From Ascoidea asiatica JCM 7603 (taxonomy: Eukaryota > Fungi > Ascomycota): DNA of 64,000 nucleotides. The stretch covers positions 245,392 through 309,391 of the forward strand of contig BCKQ01000001.1 in the NCBI GenBank assembly GCA_001600695.1, given 5' to 3'. Both the position numbers and the translations under genes were made by a program. Below the pieces are notes generated by a model. The model was given only the letters and a program-made list of their open reading frames with translations. It ran no database searches and had not been told where the DNA came from. This document shows, one piece after another, positions 11,193 to 23,500 of the stretch. Numbering within the stretch: the stretch's first letter is position 1; each line of letters starts with the position of its first letter.

Positions 11193-12572
11193 CTAAGTCT
11201 TTCTTCTTTTTATTTGGAGTAAAGATTCATCTAAATCATTATTTTGATCAATATTTTGTTGAAAATGACTATCTATACTCATATTTTCATTATTATCATT
11301 ATTTGCATTACTAAATGTTTCAAAATAAAAATTAGTTCTTTGATCTTCAAGATTTTTAATTTTTTCCAATAATATTTTATTTTCTTCATTTACTTCTTCG
11401 TATTTTTGTTGAATTATGGAATTTTGACTATTACATATTTTATATTTCTCCTTTAGTTCTTTTAATTCATTTTTCATTTTTAATAATTCACCAAGTTTAC
11501 TGAAAATTTCTTTAGGATCATTAAGATTAAAAGCTGCTTTAATTACATCCATATCTGTTGAAAGTGATTTATTTTGCTTTCCTAATTCTTGGACTTTGGA
11601 ACTTAATGATACCAATAATTTATTTTGTGTATGTATATAATCTTCTTTTGAATTAAAAGTGAGTAAAGATGAATTATTATTCGTAGACAAATTGGGTAAC
11701 TCTTTATTGATATTTGGAGTTTCACCTATAATATTTGTGGAATCCTCAGTTTCCGGTATATTTTTGAAAGTTTTATCAACAAAGCCATCCTTATTTTCAT
11801 CAACTACATTAGGATATGTATTCTCCTCATCTTTTGTAGTATTGAAAGCTTCATCATGAATTAGTCTATTATTTATAATTTCCGAAGAATCTAGCGTTGA
11901 ATCATTTTTGAAATCCTTAGATATACTTCCCTCTAATATTTCGAGAGTAGTTTCACAATTTGAAGTAGTGATGATTTCATTATCAACATTGCTCTGATTG
12001 GCCTTTATAACAATATTTTTTACAAGAATTGACGAATCATTACTTTCTAAAACTTTTTTTTTGTAAGATTCATCTCCACTAAATCCCATTTTTCTTTTCA
12101 ATAAACACAATTTATGAGATTTTCTTAAAATTGGAAGATCATTTCCATTTTCATAAACTTCAGAATGATGATCGTTTTTAATAAATATATGATCCTCAAT
12201 TACTTTCTTTGAAGCACTTGTTTTTTTACAAGTTGGGCAAATAAAGATTGACTCATCAAAAAGAGTAATTTTTGATTTTTTTTTCCTCCCAACAGAAGGT
12301 TTTGTAGATGCATTACTTTCAGAGTTTTGTGCCTCTATTACAATCCCACCTATTGTATTTTCACAAAAAAAACAACAATTTAAGGTACATTTTAAGCATA
12401 TTTTAAAACAATGATATTTATGATCATTTTGTTGTAGTCTTTTGAAACATTTATCACATAATCTGAAATCTTCAAGAGGTTCTCCTAATTTTTTAGTTTG
12501 CTCATTATAATAATTATTCATTTGACTTGCTTTGAGCTTAGAGTATTGATACTTATACATTCGTTGTGCCAT
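11193..12572 (-). CDS. Orphan Cys/His-rich (Zn-finger-like) protein with C-terminal coiled coil and basic terminus
   Basis: First ATG at 12572 (the track starts at TTG 12590). CDKC...HKYHCFKICLKCTLNCCFFC, FICPTC-x12-H...HH, heptad-rich LKELKEKYK..LLEKIKNLE, ends KRRKT. Confidence 0.65.
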   Translation of the reverse strand: MAQRMYKYQYSKLKASQMNNYYNEQTKKLGEPLEDFRLCDKCFKRLQQNDHKYHCFKICLKCTLNCCFFCENTIGGIVIEAQNSESNASTKPSVGRKKKSKITLFDESIFICPTCKKTSASKKVIEDHIFIKNDHHSEVYENGNDLPILRKSHKLCLLKRKMGFSGDESYKKKVLESNDSSILVKNIVIKANQSNVDNEIITTSNCETTLEILEGSISKDFKNDSTLDSSEIINNRLIHDEAFNTTKDEENTYPNVVDENKDGFVDKTFKNIPETEDSTNIIGETPNINKELPNLSTNNNSSLLTFNSKEDYIHTQNKLLVSLSSKVQELGKQNKSLSTDMDVIKAAFNLNDPKEIFSKLGELLKMKNELKELKEKYKICNSQNSIIQQKYEEVNEENKILLEKIKNLEDQRTNFYFETFSNANNDNNENMSIDSHFQQNIDQNNDLDESLLQIKRRKT

Positions 12573-13133
12573 TTTGATATTAATTAACAATTCAACTCAA
12601 AAGTACAATCTTGAATTAAGGAGTGGAATAAGATATTTTTTTACAAATTTTTATCATAACTTCAATTTTAACACCAAAATATCAACTTCAATTCGACAAA
12701 AAAATCAAATTTAACTCAAAAATGAGAGAAATTCTTTTGATTTCATAATAATAAACAGGTCGAAATTTTAACGAATATTATCTTACTAAATACACACGTG
12801 ACCTTTTTTAGACTCGTTCAAGAAAGCAGGGATGCTTCTGCCTTTAACGTTAACGTTAATTCAAATTACTCGCTACGCGTTATAACATAAACAGTATAAG
12901 ATTTTAAACTAAATTTATAACATTAACAGAAAAAGCACTTCTATAAATGCAATAATTTAAACAAACGTATGAAAATTAAATATTACGATATATATAAGTT
13001 AACAATAAAATAAATAAAGAAAAGATAGTAGGATAATGAATGGATAAATAAAAGGAGAAATGGGTATAAAAGCCTAGGAATAAACAAATTAATGAACAAA
13101 ACAAAACGAAAAAAGATGAATGTATAAATATCA

Positions 13134-16100
13134 TCATGCAATAGTAGAAGTACCAAATTCTTCAGTGGATTCTAAATAATAATCTTTTTTATCACCATAT
13201 TCATCATATCCATCATCATCATGCTTGGTTGTATCTGATAATATAGCATTTTTTGCAACCAATTCAACAATTTTTCTGATTGTAGGCACATTCAACCAAG
13301 CTGGAACATATGCTTCTACTCTTGAAAATGGTCTTAAACCAATAGTTCTAAAAGGATCATCAAATTGACTTCCATTTCTATTGACTTCTTCAAAGTAATC
13401 ATTACCAGCGGATGATGATTCTTTTACTTTTTCAACAACAGCTTCTAAAACTTCTGAGGCAATAGGAGTTTCATAATCTGCAATATAATATTGTGATATT
13501 AACTTCTGTATTTGACTTGGTCTTAAAGCGTAACAGATCTCATATATTATTTGAATATCTTCGGTAGTATTTTTTCTCAACTGTAATAATTTTGCAGCTT
13601 GTAAAAGATGAGTAAGATATCCGGCACCTTCTGGAATTTCATGAGATTTACACCATTCTTCTAATCTTGTAACATTATAATTCAATTGTAAACCACGTTT
13701 CCATGATAAGAAATTATGTCTCATAATTAAATCATTAAAACAAATAGCATCAACAAATCTTAATAATTCACCAATAACTTCATTCATAACTTCAGGTTCA
13801 ATAATATATGATTTCATAGCCCAATAAACGGAATTAAAAAAACTTAAAATATCATCCATTTTGAAATGAGTCGTTGGAGAAAATACTTTTGCTAAAAATG
13901 GAGCAGTTTCTGGAGCCATAAATCCAGGTAGAGATTGAGATAATACAACTGCGGAAATAGCTTTTTTCTCTAATTCTTTTTCCATTCTCTTCATCCATAA
14001 ATTATAAATATTATAAGATAATGATTCGAAATCTTCTTTAACAACAGCCACTAATTTTAAGTACTCGTTATATTCAAGTTCACTCATTTCATTTGCAATA
14101 TCATCACTAACCATAATAGTGGTTTCTGCAAAAGCTACAAATGAATATAGTTCATGAGTATTTGATAACCAGAAAGCACCATGTGTAATTACATCATCAT
14201 CTTTCAAGTTTGATACAATAGTTTGAATAACAGTTAAAACTTCACCTAAGAAATCTTCTGATTCACTTGTTAATCCTAATCTCCACATATCACTAAGAAT
14301 GATAATAATAATTCTTGATGGGAATAATACTTCTTTTCTAGTTAAATCAGTTGCAACACCAGATGGTGGAACTTTTAATCCTTTCAATAATCCATCAACG
14401 ATTTCTTTATGAATAGCAGTAGAATCTTGAAGTAATCTCCATAATTCATCATTAATATCACTGAGAGTTGATTCATCATCTTCTTTATTTGAAACAGGCA
14501 TGACTGAAGCTGGTCTTGGATTATAATTAGTTTCCATTGTTGATGACCATGATGATCTTTGATTATTAGAAGGTAATGGTGCCATACTTTGAACTTGTTT
14601 ACGATTATTAGTATGACTATGCATTAATTTATCTTTATTAGTTGTTATACTTCCATTATAATTACGTTCAGCAACAGCTTGAGAAGCTAATGCAGCTATT
14701 TCTTCTTTAAGAGTGGCAATTGTTTTTCTTAAATCAGTTTCATTATCATTGGATTTATTAAGAGCAGTTCTAGCTTCTTTTAATTCCATAATATTCTGAT
14801 CGACTTCTTCTCTTAATTGTTCTTTTTCATAAATAAGTTCTTTAACTCTAGCTTTTGATTTTTCATAATCTTTCTTTATAATTTCAATTGTATCATTAAG
14901 TTCAGCAATATGAGCCATATGTTCGTTTGATTGAATTGTAATTTTTTCTGCAAATTCTCTTTCTTTGGCTTTTAATTTATCATGAGCACCACTTGATTCT
15001 TCGACTAATTTTTGTAATGCAACAATTTCAGTTGTAAGTTTTTTATTCTCATGCATTTTAGCAGTTAAAGATTGTGTTAATTCAATAACTTTATTTTCTA
15101 ATCTATAACTAACTTCTTTTAAGTGATTAACAGATTTAGCTTCTTCTTTTAATTTTTTCAATTCTTTTGCAGCTAATCTACGTCTCATACAAGATTGAAT
15201 ATAAACTGTAGCTCTTTTGGTTTCAAGATATTCACGTCTTCCAGAATATGATCTCCAAGCTTTTTGTAAAACAACTGCAGATTTATCTCTTCTTAATTCT
15301 TTATAATTCAATCTTGCTTTATAACCACGAATTGCAGCTTGTAAAATAACAACAGCTTTACCCACTGTCTTAAATTTCTTACGTGCAATAAAACCTCTTG
15401 AAATAGTTTGAATTAAAATAGCAGCATTAACCTCAATTTCATGTCTAATACGAATTCTTGCAATATGTCCTCTGAATAAAGATTGAGAATTAATAATTGA
15501 ATTTCTAATTCTTGAATATTGTTTACGATAATAAATTGATCTAACATTTTTTTGAATTAAAACAGCAGAATCATGTAATCTATTTGATCTAAGTTTTTCT
15601 AAATTTGCTAAAACACCAGCTTTGAAAAAAATCTTAGTTTGACCTAATTGAAATTTAGTTGGAACTTCAATTGTTTGTTTTAAAACATTACCACATAAAT
15701 CACGTACATCTTCTTCAGTGGTATTAGCATTTGCAATTACTTTAATCCATTCAGAAGAATGTACTAAAATATGATATCTTTGAGCAAATTCTTCATAAGT
15801 TCTTTTTGAAGGAAAACCTGCTGTTGAAATTCTAATAGTTTCTAAAACACCACAAGCTCTTAATTGAGATAAAACCATAACAGGGTCAAAAACCCAAGCT
15901 TGTTTTTGTTCATTTGGTTTAATACAACGAATATAATGAACATTAGTTGAATTAATTGTTGTCATTAATTCAATTAAAGAATTTTTGAATAATGAACCTA
16001 AAGTTGGTTTTCTAATATTTGCTTTACCACTTAATTTACCAATTGGACCTAAGGAGAATCTTTTATTTTGAGTTGTACCATTTTTTTTCTCAATTTCTCT

Positions 16101-18062
16101 TTCTTTTGCTTTTTGTAATCTATCTGAATTTTTTTCAACAGTTTCTAAAACTTTTTTCAATAAATCATTTGTAGTTGCTTTAATAGTTTCTAAATGACCA
16201 TCATTAACAGTATCTCTATTTTTTTCAAGGAAACCTTCAGAATCATATTCAACATCAATTGCATAATGAGCAACAATAAATTTATTACCACCAAATCTTG
16301 GTTTTTTGAAAACTTTATTAGTTGGAGATTTATTTAAATTATTATACATTTTCATAATCCAAGATTCATCAGTACCAGAAGGTAATCTTGATTCTTCATC
16401 TAATAAAGATAAAATACCTAATTTTTGTTCAATTAAACTTATACAAGGTTGATTATCAGTAAAATCAATAAAAGACCATTGAATTTTTTCTTGAATATAT
16501 TCTTCTTGTTCAATTTTAAATACATGTTTGTTAAATTCTTGTTGTAATTTTTCATTAGCATAATTTATACAAAATTGTTCAAAAGAATTAATTTTAAAAT
16601 GTTCAAAACCATAAATATCTAAAACACCAATAAAAGTATTAACATTATTAACAATTTCTGGAGCACATAAATCATCATTAACATATTCAACTAACCAATC
16701 AAATAAAGCAGAATAAATATATTTTGAAACAGAATCTCTTGAAACAGAAGATTGTTGAAAAGATAAATTAGTTACAATTTTTTCATTTCTTGTTGTAATT
16801 TGTTTTTTAACAATCCATTTTGCAAAATTTATTGGATTTAAACCTAATAATTCACAAGATTTTAAAACTTCAGGATCATCAGAAGATAAAAATGCATCAT
16901 TTCTAATTGCTTTAATTTGAATATTACCAATATGTAAAATACCAGCTAGAATTTTCCAAATTTCATATCTTATATTTTTTTTTATACCAATTAAATCTAA
17001 TGAATCACAAGTAATTTTAAATTCTTCAATATCATTAATACCTTTAATTTTATAATCACCACCTTGATTTAAATAAGTATAATCATTAATATTATTTAAA
17101 TTAAATTTTGATTTAATATCATTTGATAAACCTAATAACATTTGATAAAATATATGATAATTTCTTTCAGAATTTGGTTGAAAAACTAATCTTGATCTTT
17201 CTAAAAGGTAAGTTTTAACTCTTGCACCAATTATTGAAATATTTTTATCAAATAAAATTTCTAAATATTTACCAAATCTTGAAGAATTATCATTTCTTGT
17301 AGTTTTTGCATTACCAAAACTTTCCATAATTGGATTTGTTGCTAAAATTCTTTTTTCAGTTTCAGACATATCATCATTACCATTATTATTTTGTAATTGT
17401 AATTGTTGTTGTTTTGATAAATTATTATTAAGATTATTATTATCATTAAGATTATTAATATTAGCTTCAACGGAAGCAAAATATCTCATAATATATTTTG
17501 CAGAAACAGTTTTACCAGCACCAGATTCACCGGATACAACAATAGTTTGATTTTCACTTCTTTCTTTCATACAACAATAAGCATCTTCAGCAATCGCAAA
17601 TAAATGAGGTTCTAATTCACCTTTTCTTTTACCAGCATAAGCTTGAATTATATCAGGAGAATATAATTGATCAACTCTTTCAAAAGGATTTGTTGCAATT
17701 AAAACCATACCAGAATAAGTATAAATATTTAATTGTAAATATCTAACTTTAATTGCATGTAAAATTGCAGGTTCATTAAGATAAGATAATGAAGTTAAAT
17801 CATCAGCAGCTTCTAAAATTCTTGGATTTCTTAAAGGTGGTAAATTTTTTTCAGTATCTTCATTTAAAGAATTAACTATTAATTCTATTGGATCATTTGA
17901 TTTATCTTTTAATTTATCTTTTGATTTTGAATTTATTTCTAAATCTAAAGTAATTTTAAATTTTTTATTTGGTAATTGAACAGTTGATTTAATTGTTGCA
18001 CCAACCCAACCAGAAGTTTTATCGGGTACCCAACATCTTGTACCAGGTTCATAAACACCCAT
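13134..18062 (-). CDS. MYO2: Class V myosin heavy chain
   Basis: P-loop GESGAGKT, NDNSSRFGK, LDIYGFE, IQ repeats, coiled coil, DIL cargo domain (FLSWKRGLQLNYNVTRLEEWCKSH). Confidence 0.97.
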   Translation of the reverse strand: MGVYEPGTRCWVPDKTSGWVGATIKSTVQLPNKKFKITLDLEINSKSKDKLKDKSNDPIELIVNSLNEDTEKNLPPLRNPRILEAADDLTSLSYLNEPAILHAIKVRYLQLNIYTYSGMVLIATNPFERVDQLYSPDIIQAYAGKRKGELEPHLFAIAEDAYCCMKERSENQTIVVSGESGAGKTVSAKYIMRYFASVEANINNLNDNNNLNNNLSKQQQLQLQNNNGNDDMSETEKRILATNPIMESFGNAKTTRNDNSSRFGKYLEILFDKNISIIGARVKTYLLERSRLVFQPNSERNYHIFYQMLLGLSNDIKSKFNLNNINDYTYLNQGGDYKIKGINDIEEFKITCDSLDLIGIKKNIRYEIWKILAGILHIGNIQIKAIRNDAFLSSDDPEVLKSCELLGLNPINFAKWIVKKQITTRNEKIVTNLSFQQSSVSRDSVSKYIYSALFDWLVEYVNDDLCAPEIVNNVNTFIGVLDIYGFEHFKINSFEQFCINYANEKLQQEFNKHVFKIEQEEYIQEKIQWSFIDFTDNQPCISLIEQKLGILSLLDEESRLPSGTDESWIMKMYNNLNKSPTNKVFKKPRFGGNKFIVAHYAIDVEYDSEGFLEKNRDTVNDGHLETIKATTNDLLKKVLETVEKNSDRLQKAKEREIEKKNGTTQNKRFSLGPIGKLSGKANIRKPTLGSLFKNSLIELMTTINSTNVHYIRCIKPNEQKQAWVFDPVMVLSQLRACGVLETIRISTAGFPSKRTYEEFAQRYHILVHSSEWIKVIANANTTEEDVRDLCGNVLKQTIEVPTKFQLGQTKIFFKAGVLANLEKLRSNRLHDSAVLIQKNVRSIYYRKQYSRIRNSIINSQSLFRGHIARIRIRHEIEVNAAILIQTISRGFIARKKFKTVGKAVVILQAAIRGYKARLNYKELRRDKSAVVLQKAWRSYSGRREYLETKRATVYIQSCMRRRLAAKELKKLKEEAKSVNHLKEVSYRLENKVIELTQSLTAKMHENKKLTTEIVALQKLVEESSGAHDKLKAKEREFAEKITIQSNEHMAHIAELNDTIEIIKKDYEKSKARVKELIYEKEQLREEVDQNIMELKEARTALNKSNDNETDLRKTIATLKEEIAALASQAVAERNYNGSITTNKDKLMHSHTNNRKQVQSMAPLPSNNQRSSWSSTMETNYNPRPASVMPVSNKEDDESTLSDINDELWRLLQDSTAIHKEIVDGLLKGLKVPPSGVATDLTRKEVLFPSRIIIIILSDMWRLGLTSESEDFLGEVLTVIQTIVSNLKDDDVITHGAFWLSNTHELYSFVAFAETTIMVSDDIANEMSELEYNEYLKLVAVVKEDFESLSYNIYNLWMKRMEKELEKKAISAVVLSQSLPGFMAPETAPFLAKVFSPTTHFKMDDILSFFNSVYWAMKSYIIEPEVMNEVIGELLRFVDAICFNDLIMRHNFLSWKRGLQLNYNVTRLEEWCKSHEIPEGAGYLTHLLQAAKLLQLRKNTTEDIQIIYEICYALRPSQIQKLISQYYIADYETPIASEVLEAVVEKVKESSSAGNDYFEEVNRNGSQFDDPFRTIGLRPFSRVEAYVPAWLNVPTIRKIVELVAKNAILSDTTKHDDDGYDEYGDKKDYYLESTEEFGTSTIA

Positions 18063-19683
18063 TTTATTTATAATTATAATTTATTATCTAATTAGTTAGA
18101 ACAGAATATGAATGATTAATGAATGAATGAATGAAAGAATGATAAAAAAAAAAAGTAATGGCGGTTATTTGGATATTTTAAATATTTTTTAATATTTTAA
18201 TATAATTTATATATATTATATTATATGATATATTATTTGATTGATTATGGACTATATTATAGAATTAATGAACATTTAATTAATAAAATATAATAAATTT
18301 ATTTGATTGATTAAAATTTTATATAATGATTAGATTGATAAACGAAATTTTAGAATTAGAGTGTCCAATAAATTAGATAAATCAATATCTAAGTAAAATA
18401 TTTTTTATATATTTCTAGTTTTTTGTAATTTTTTTTTAAATCTTGATGATATATTTTATGATATATCTTGATAATATTATTTTTATATCTTTATAATATA
18501 ATATATTTTAATAGTATATTTTGATAAAGTAAAATAAATAAATCAAATTTATTAAAAATTTATTGATTTGAATCAAATGAAAAATAGAGTGAAAGATTTA
18601 AGTAAGTAAGTAAATAATTACTTTTTATTAATATTTAATATTTAATATATTCACTATTAATCTAATACGTAAAGAATAAAATGTTCATTATCGACTTGGC
18701 TTCAAGTAATAAATTTGTTGTTATTTTCATGTTACCTTCAATATTAATGTTAATTTTATTATTATTGTTATTTATTAACTTGATTCACTTATCACATTAC
18801 GTTTACGTGTGGATAACTGATAAAGTATCGGTTCAGCAGGTGAATTTAGCAGCCTAATGGGATTGTGACAATAATTATACTATGTGGGTGGTGCTATCAT
18901 TCTAAGTAGTATCCCCGGTAAATCAATACAATTTAATTGACTCCTGTTTCAAGACCAAACTGAGGATTCTCAGTTGACTGAGGCAGCAAGGCATAGGAGT
19001 GCTGAGCTGTGCATTCAGACGTATACTGCACAGAAACACGCTTTCAATGCGTACCAGAGACAAGGCACGGTCATGTGACCACACTGTCATGTGATATTTT
19101 TGTTTGGTGGTCATCTGATCTAGCACGTGTCCTTTTCACTGATCTGTCTACTTCGGCTTTTCCAGTGGTGTGTTAGTGATTTAAGAAGTGCTTGTGTTTT
19201 GCTTGTGCTTGTGCTCGTTAAAGGTGTTACAGTGCTGCTGGTGCTGTTACTGTTACTTTTACTGTGCCACTTTCCTCGATCACTCCTCGTCAATGATCAA
19301 AGCTATGCCACTTCGTTACTTTGCTACTCAAGACTTTGGTATTGCCGGCAGTGACGTTACTCCTTTAACAACTGGTCTGGGTTCTTTACTTACTTAACAC
19401 TACTTAGTTACTTTTAAATATATTTGATCTTTCTTTACTATTAATTATTTTATTCAATTCTGTTCTATTATCATTTAATAAAACAATACAAAACAAAATA
19501 ATACATTACGAAATATATCAGAGATATAAATAATAACTATTTATCATAAATCCAATTACTATAATCTACTTCCATTACAATTCAAATAAATCAAATCTTT
19601 TTCTGAAAGATAAAATAATTAATCAATATTAACTATCGAATAACTTAACAAGTAATAATAATAATAATACTGATAATAATAAA

Positions 19684-20013
19684 ATGTCTTCTGCAACACC
19701 ATATGATCCATATGATCCACCATCACAATCTCAATCTCAATCAAAAACTGCAAAAATTCAACAACAAATTGATAATACTGTAGATATAATGAGAGAAAAT
19801 ATTAATAAAGTTAATGAAAGAGGTGAAAGAATTGATGGTATAAATGATAAAGCTGAAAATTTAGCAATTACTGCTGATTCTTTTAAAAGAGGTTCAAATA
19901 GAGTTAGAAAACATATGTGGGCAAAAGATATGAAAATGAGATTATGTATTGTTCTTGGGGTTGTTATTCTATTAATTGTTATAATAGTACCAATTGCTGT
20001 TCATTTTTCATAA
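19684..20013 (+). CDS. SNC2: Synaptobrevin/VAMP R-SNARE (Snc1/Snc2)
   Basis: YDPY N-terminus, [26 protein letters not shown] motif, [14 protein letters not shown]-terminal TM ending IVPIAVHFS. Confidence 0.92.
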   Translation: MSSATPYDPYDPPSQSQSQSKTAKIQQQIDNTVDIMRENINKVNERGERIDGINDKAENLAITADSFKRGSNRVRKHMWAKDMKMRLCIVLGVVILLIVIIVPIAVHFS

Positions 20014-20502
20014 TCAATACATTATCAAATTAATATTTTAATGTATTCAATCAAGAATATATCAATCAATCCTTTAGTTATTTAATAAATTATCAATAAA
20101 TTAATCAATCGATTATTCAATAGATTACTCAATAAATTTCTCATTGAATCAATCAATCAATCAATTGAATGATTAATCAAATGAATATTTTATTAAATAA
20201 GTTATTGATTTATGGTTTTCTAATATACTTCATTCATTTTCGTTTTTATATTACTTACTTTTCTATCTTTTACTTATTTATCTTCTAATTATTTTTTTTC
20301 CTTATTCTTTACTTATTTACTTATTTTCTTATTTTATCTACTTTATCTTACTTATTTATTTATTTACTTACTTACTTAGTTGGCGGTCTTTTTATTAATA
20401 ATTTATAATTTATATAAAATAACATTCAATCACTTAATCAATTATTTAATTAATTATTTAATTATATATATATATATTAATAATTATATAGTTAATACAT
20501 TA

Positions 20503-23500
20503 TTATTCATTAACTCCAACAACTTCTCCATATTTACCTCTTGCTTTTGTTGTATCATACATTCTGATAATCTTTTCTTGTCCTTCTTCTGCTTGTGAAA
20601 ATGCAAATCCTCTTTGTTTTCTCATTCTTTGAACTTGTCTAACTTTTCTTATTGCTTTTTGAAATTGTTCCATTCTTGGTCTATAATCTTGAATATTATA
20701 TTTTTGAATTTCTTGTACATGATGATATGATTCTGGTAAATACATTCTTTTATAATATTTCCAAAGTAAATCTCTTAATAAACATAAAAATGGTATAACA
20801 AAACTTGTTGCCCAAAATACTGCTGTTGGATATGTATGTGCTAAAACTCCTCTATATTCTCCAGAAACATTAATTAATGGTGCAACTGTTGCATATATTG
20901 GAAAAAATATTACCCAAATTATAAATGATCCAGGTATTGCAAATACTGAAAATTTTGTCCATAAACTTGTTATTAATGCTGCTTTACCTAATGCTGTTAA
21001 AACTGCTGATGTATAAAGTGCTGTACCCCATGTCCAATGATCTGCAATAACACCAGTATTTAATGAATTTCCATATCCATAAATAAACATTGTACCAAAA
21101 TAAATTATTAATGAATGATAAAATCCATTAATTACCCATCCCCAAAATATTTTAACATTAAAAAATTTAGATTTTTGTCCTAATTGATATAATTGTGGAT
21201 ATCTATCTAATAATCTTGCTAAAACAAATTGATCAAAAACTCCTAAAACAAATGGTGGAAATACTGTAAAAAAAACATTATAAAATGTTAAAGTCCATGA
21301 TTCCATAATTGATTGTCCTGAAAAACAATTAAAAAAAACATACCAAAATTGTGTCATATAAAGACAAATATTTTTATAAAATGAATATAAAATTGCTTGT
21401 GAAATTCTTTGATATGACCATGATCCATGAACTAATAATAATTTTCTAAGATATTTAAATTGTCCAATTGCAAAATCTGCTGATCTTGCTGCTTGCATAC
21501 CTTCCATACCTGATATACCAACTCCAACATGTGCCGCTTGAATCATTGAAACATCATTTGCTCCATCTCCAACTGCTAATAATATTGCTTTTTTGTGTTT
21601 CTTAACCATTTTAACTACTAGAGCTTTTTGTAAAGGTGAAACTCTACAACATATAACTGCCTTACATTTTGTTGCAATTTCTAATAATTTTTGATCTAAA
21701 TCTGGTTCAAGTGCAAATCCTAATGATTTTCCATCAATGACTAAAGCTAATGAATCAATTTCTTCATCATTTATTTCATGCTCATTAAATGCTTCTAATT
21801 TTGTTTGAATATTTCTTCTTGTATCTTCTTTATTTTCTTCATTTATTATTAATAAATTCATATCTTCTGATAATAATTTACACGACATACCAATATTTAT
21901 TGCAGTTTCTTGTCTATCACCTGTAAGAACCCAGATTTTAATTCCTGCTTCTTGTAATGTATGAATAGTATCCGGTACTCCATCTTGAAGTTTATCTTCA
22001 ATTGCTGTTGCTCCTAATAAAAACAAATTTTTTTCAATTAATTCTGCTGCTTCATCTAATTCGTCAGCTCTATTTGTTAACGAGGTTGAAGCTTTATCAT
22101 ATATTTCTGCCCATTGTAAATATTCTCTTTCTGGTACAATTCTTGATGATATACATAAAGTTCTTAATCCTTCTGATGCATAATCTTCCATATGACGAAC
22201 TGTTGCATCAATAAATGGATTATTATCTTTATTTAATCTTTCAAGTATAACAGTATCTGCACCTTTACAGAATAATCTAATAATTCCATCAGGACATTTA
22301 AAAATTGCTGACATTCTTTTTCTTGTTGAATTAAATTCACAAATATTTAATAATTCATATTCAAGTTCTTCACCTTGTGGTGTTTCAATAGTTATAGTCT
22401 TTGGTTTTCTTGAAGTAAATGTATATCCCAAATATGCTGCACCTTCAACTAAAGCTCCTTCATCTGGTGATGCTGCTTGATATTTTATTTTACCATCTGA
22501 TTTAACTTCAGGAATAACTGTATGACATGATGCTAATAGAAGTAAAAATTCATCAATATATTTAGATTGATCATTATCATAATTATATAAAGTAGATTTT
22601 AATTTTCCAAAGGTATTAAAACCAATTTCTGTTCCATCATCCAAAGTCATTGCATTTTTGTCTTCTGGTATTTCTTCGATATAACAATGTCCACCAATTG
22701 AACATGATTTAAATTCCATAATATTTCTTGTTAAAGTTCCAGTCTTATCAGAAAATATATATTCAATCTGACCTAATTCTTCAACTAGTGAAGACGTTCT
22801 ACAAATTGTTGGTTGGTCAAATTCTTCATAATAAATATCTAGATCTGATCCAATCATATAGGCTTGATAATATTTGATAATTTCAACAGTTACAAAAAGG
22901 GAAATTGGTACTAAATTTGAAAATAAAATCCAATATGTTAAAATATCTTTAAAAAATAATTTTGCTTTATTTTCACTGGTTTGATATAAATATGATAAAT
23001 GTTCTGAGTTTACTGATAATTTGATAATATTACCTAAAGATGAGACTAGAGCTAAAACAATTAAAATGGAAAACAATGCAACGATTTGTAAATTAATTAT
23101 TCTTTCGACGGCAGTCCTTTTGATTGGAGTTGCAGTTGCATTTCTCATTAATTTTGTTTCATGACCAGTAAATATTACAAAACCATGAATCCAAGGAGTA
23201 TTTCTTAAAGTTGCACCTCTTAAAAGCATTTGATTTGGACCTAAAGGTATTTCTTTTGTGGAATGACCTTGATGAAGATTTAAAAGACCTTCATAAGTAT
23301 ATAAATTCGAATTTGGAGCTTCACTTATTACTGAGCCTGATAAATTTTTTAAATCATTTGGATTAATTAAATGACTTGTTTCAGTTTTACCTTGTTTAAT
23401 TTTTAAATTTGTTTCACCATCTAAATTTGCTGTTTCTATATAACATAAAGCTTCAGGTTCAGAAGAAGCTAATAAGATTAAATCTGCAGGAATTGGTTCT

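Noticed and set aside
18836-18854. CAGG...AGCA resembling SRP RNA helix 8
   Set aside because: Only 7 nt between the motifs, no GNRA-capped stem and no Alu-domain motif.
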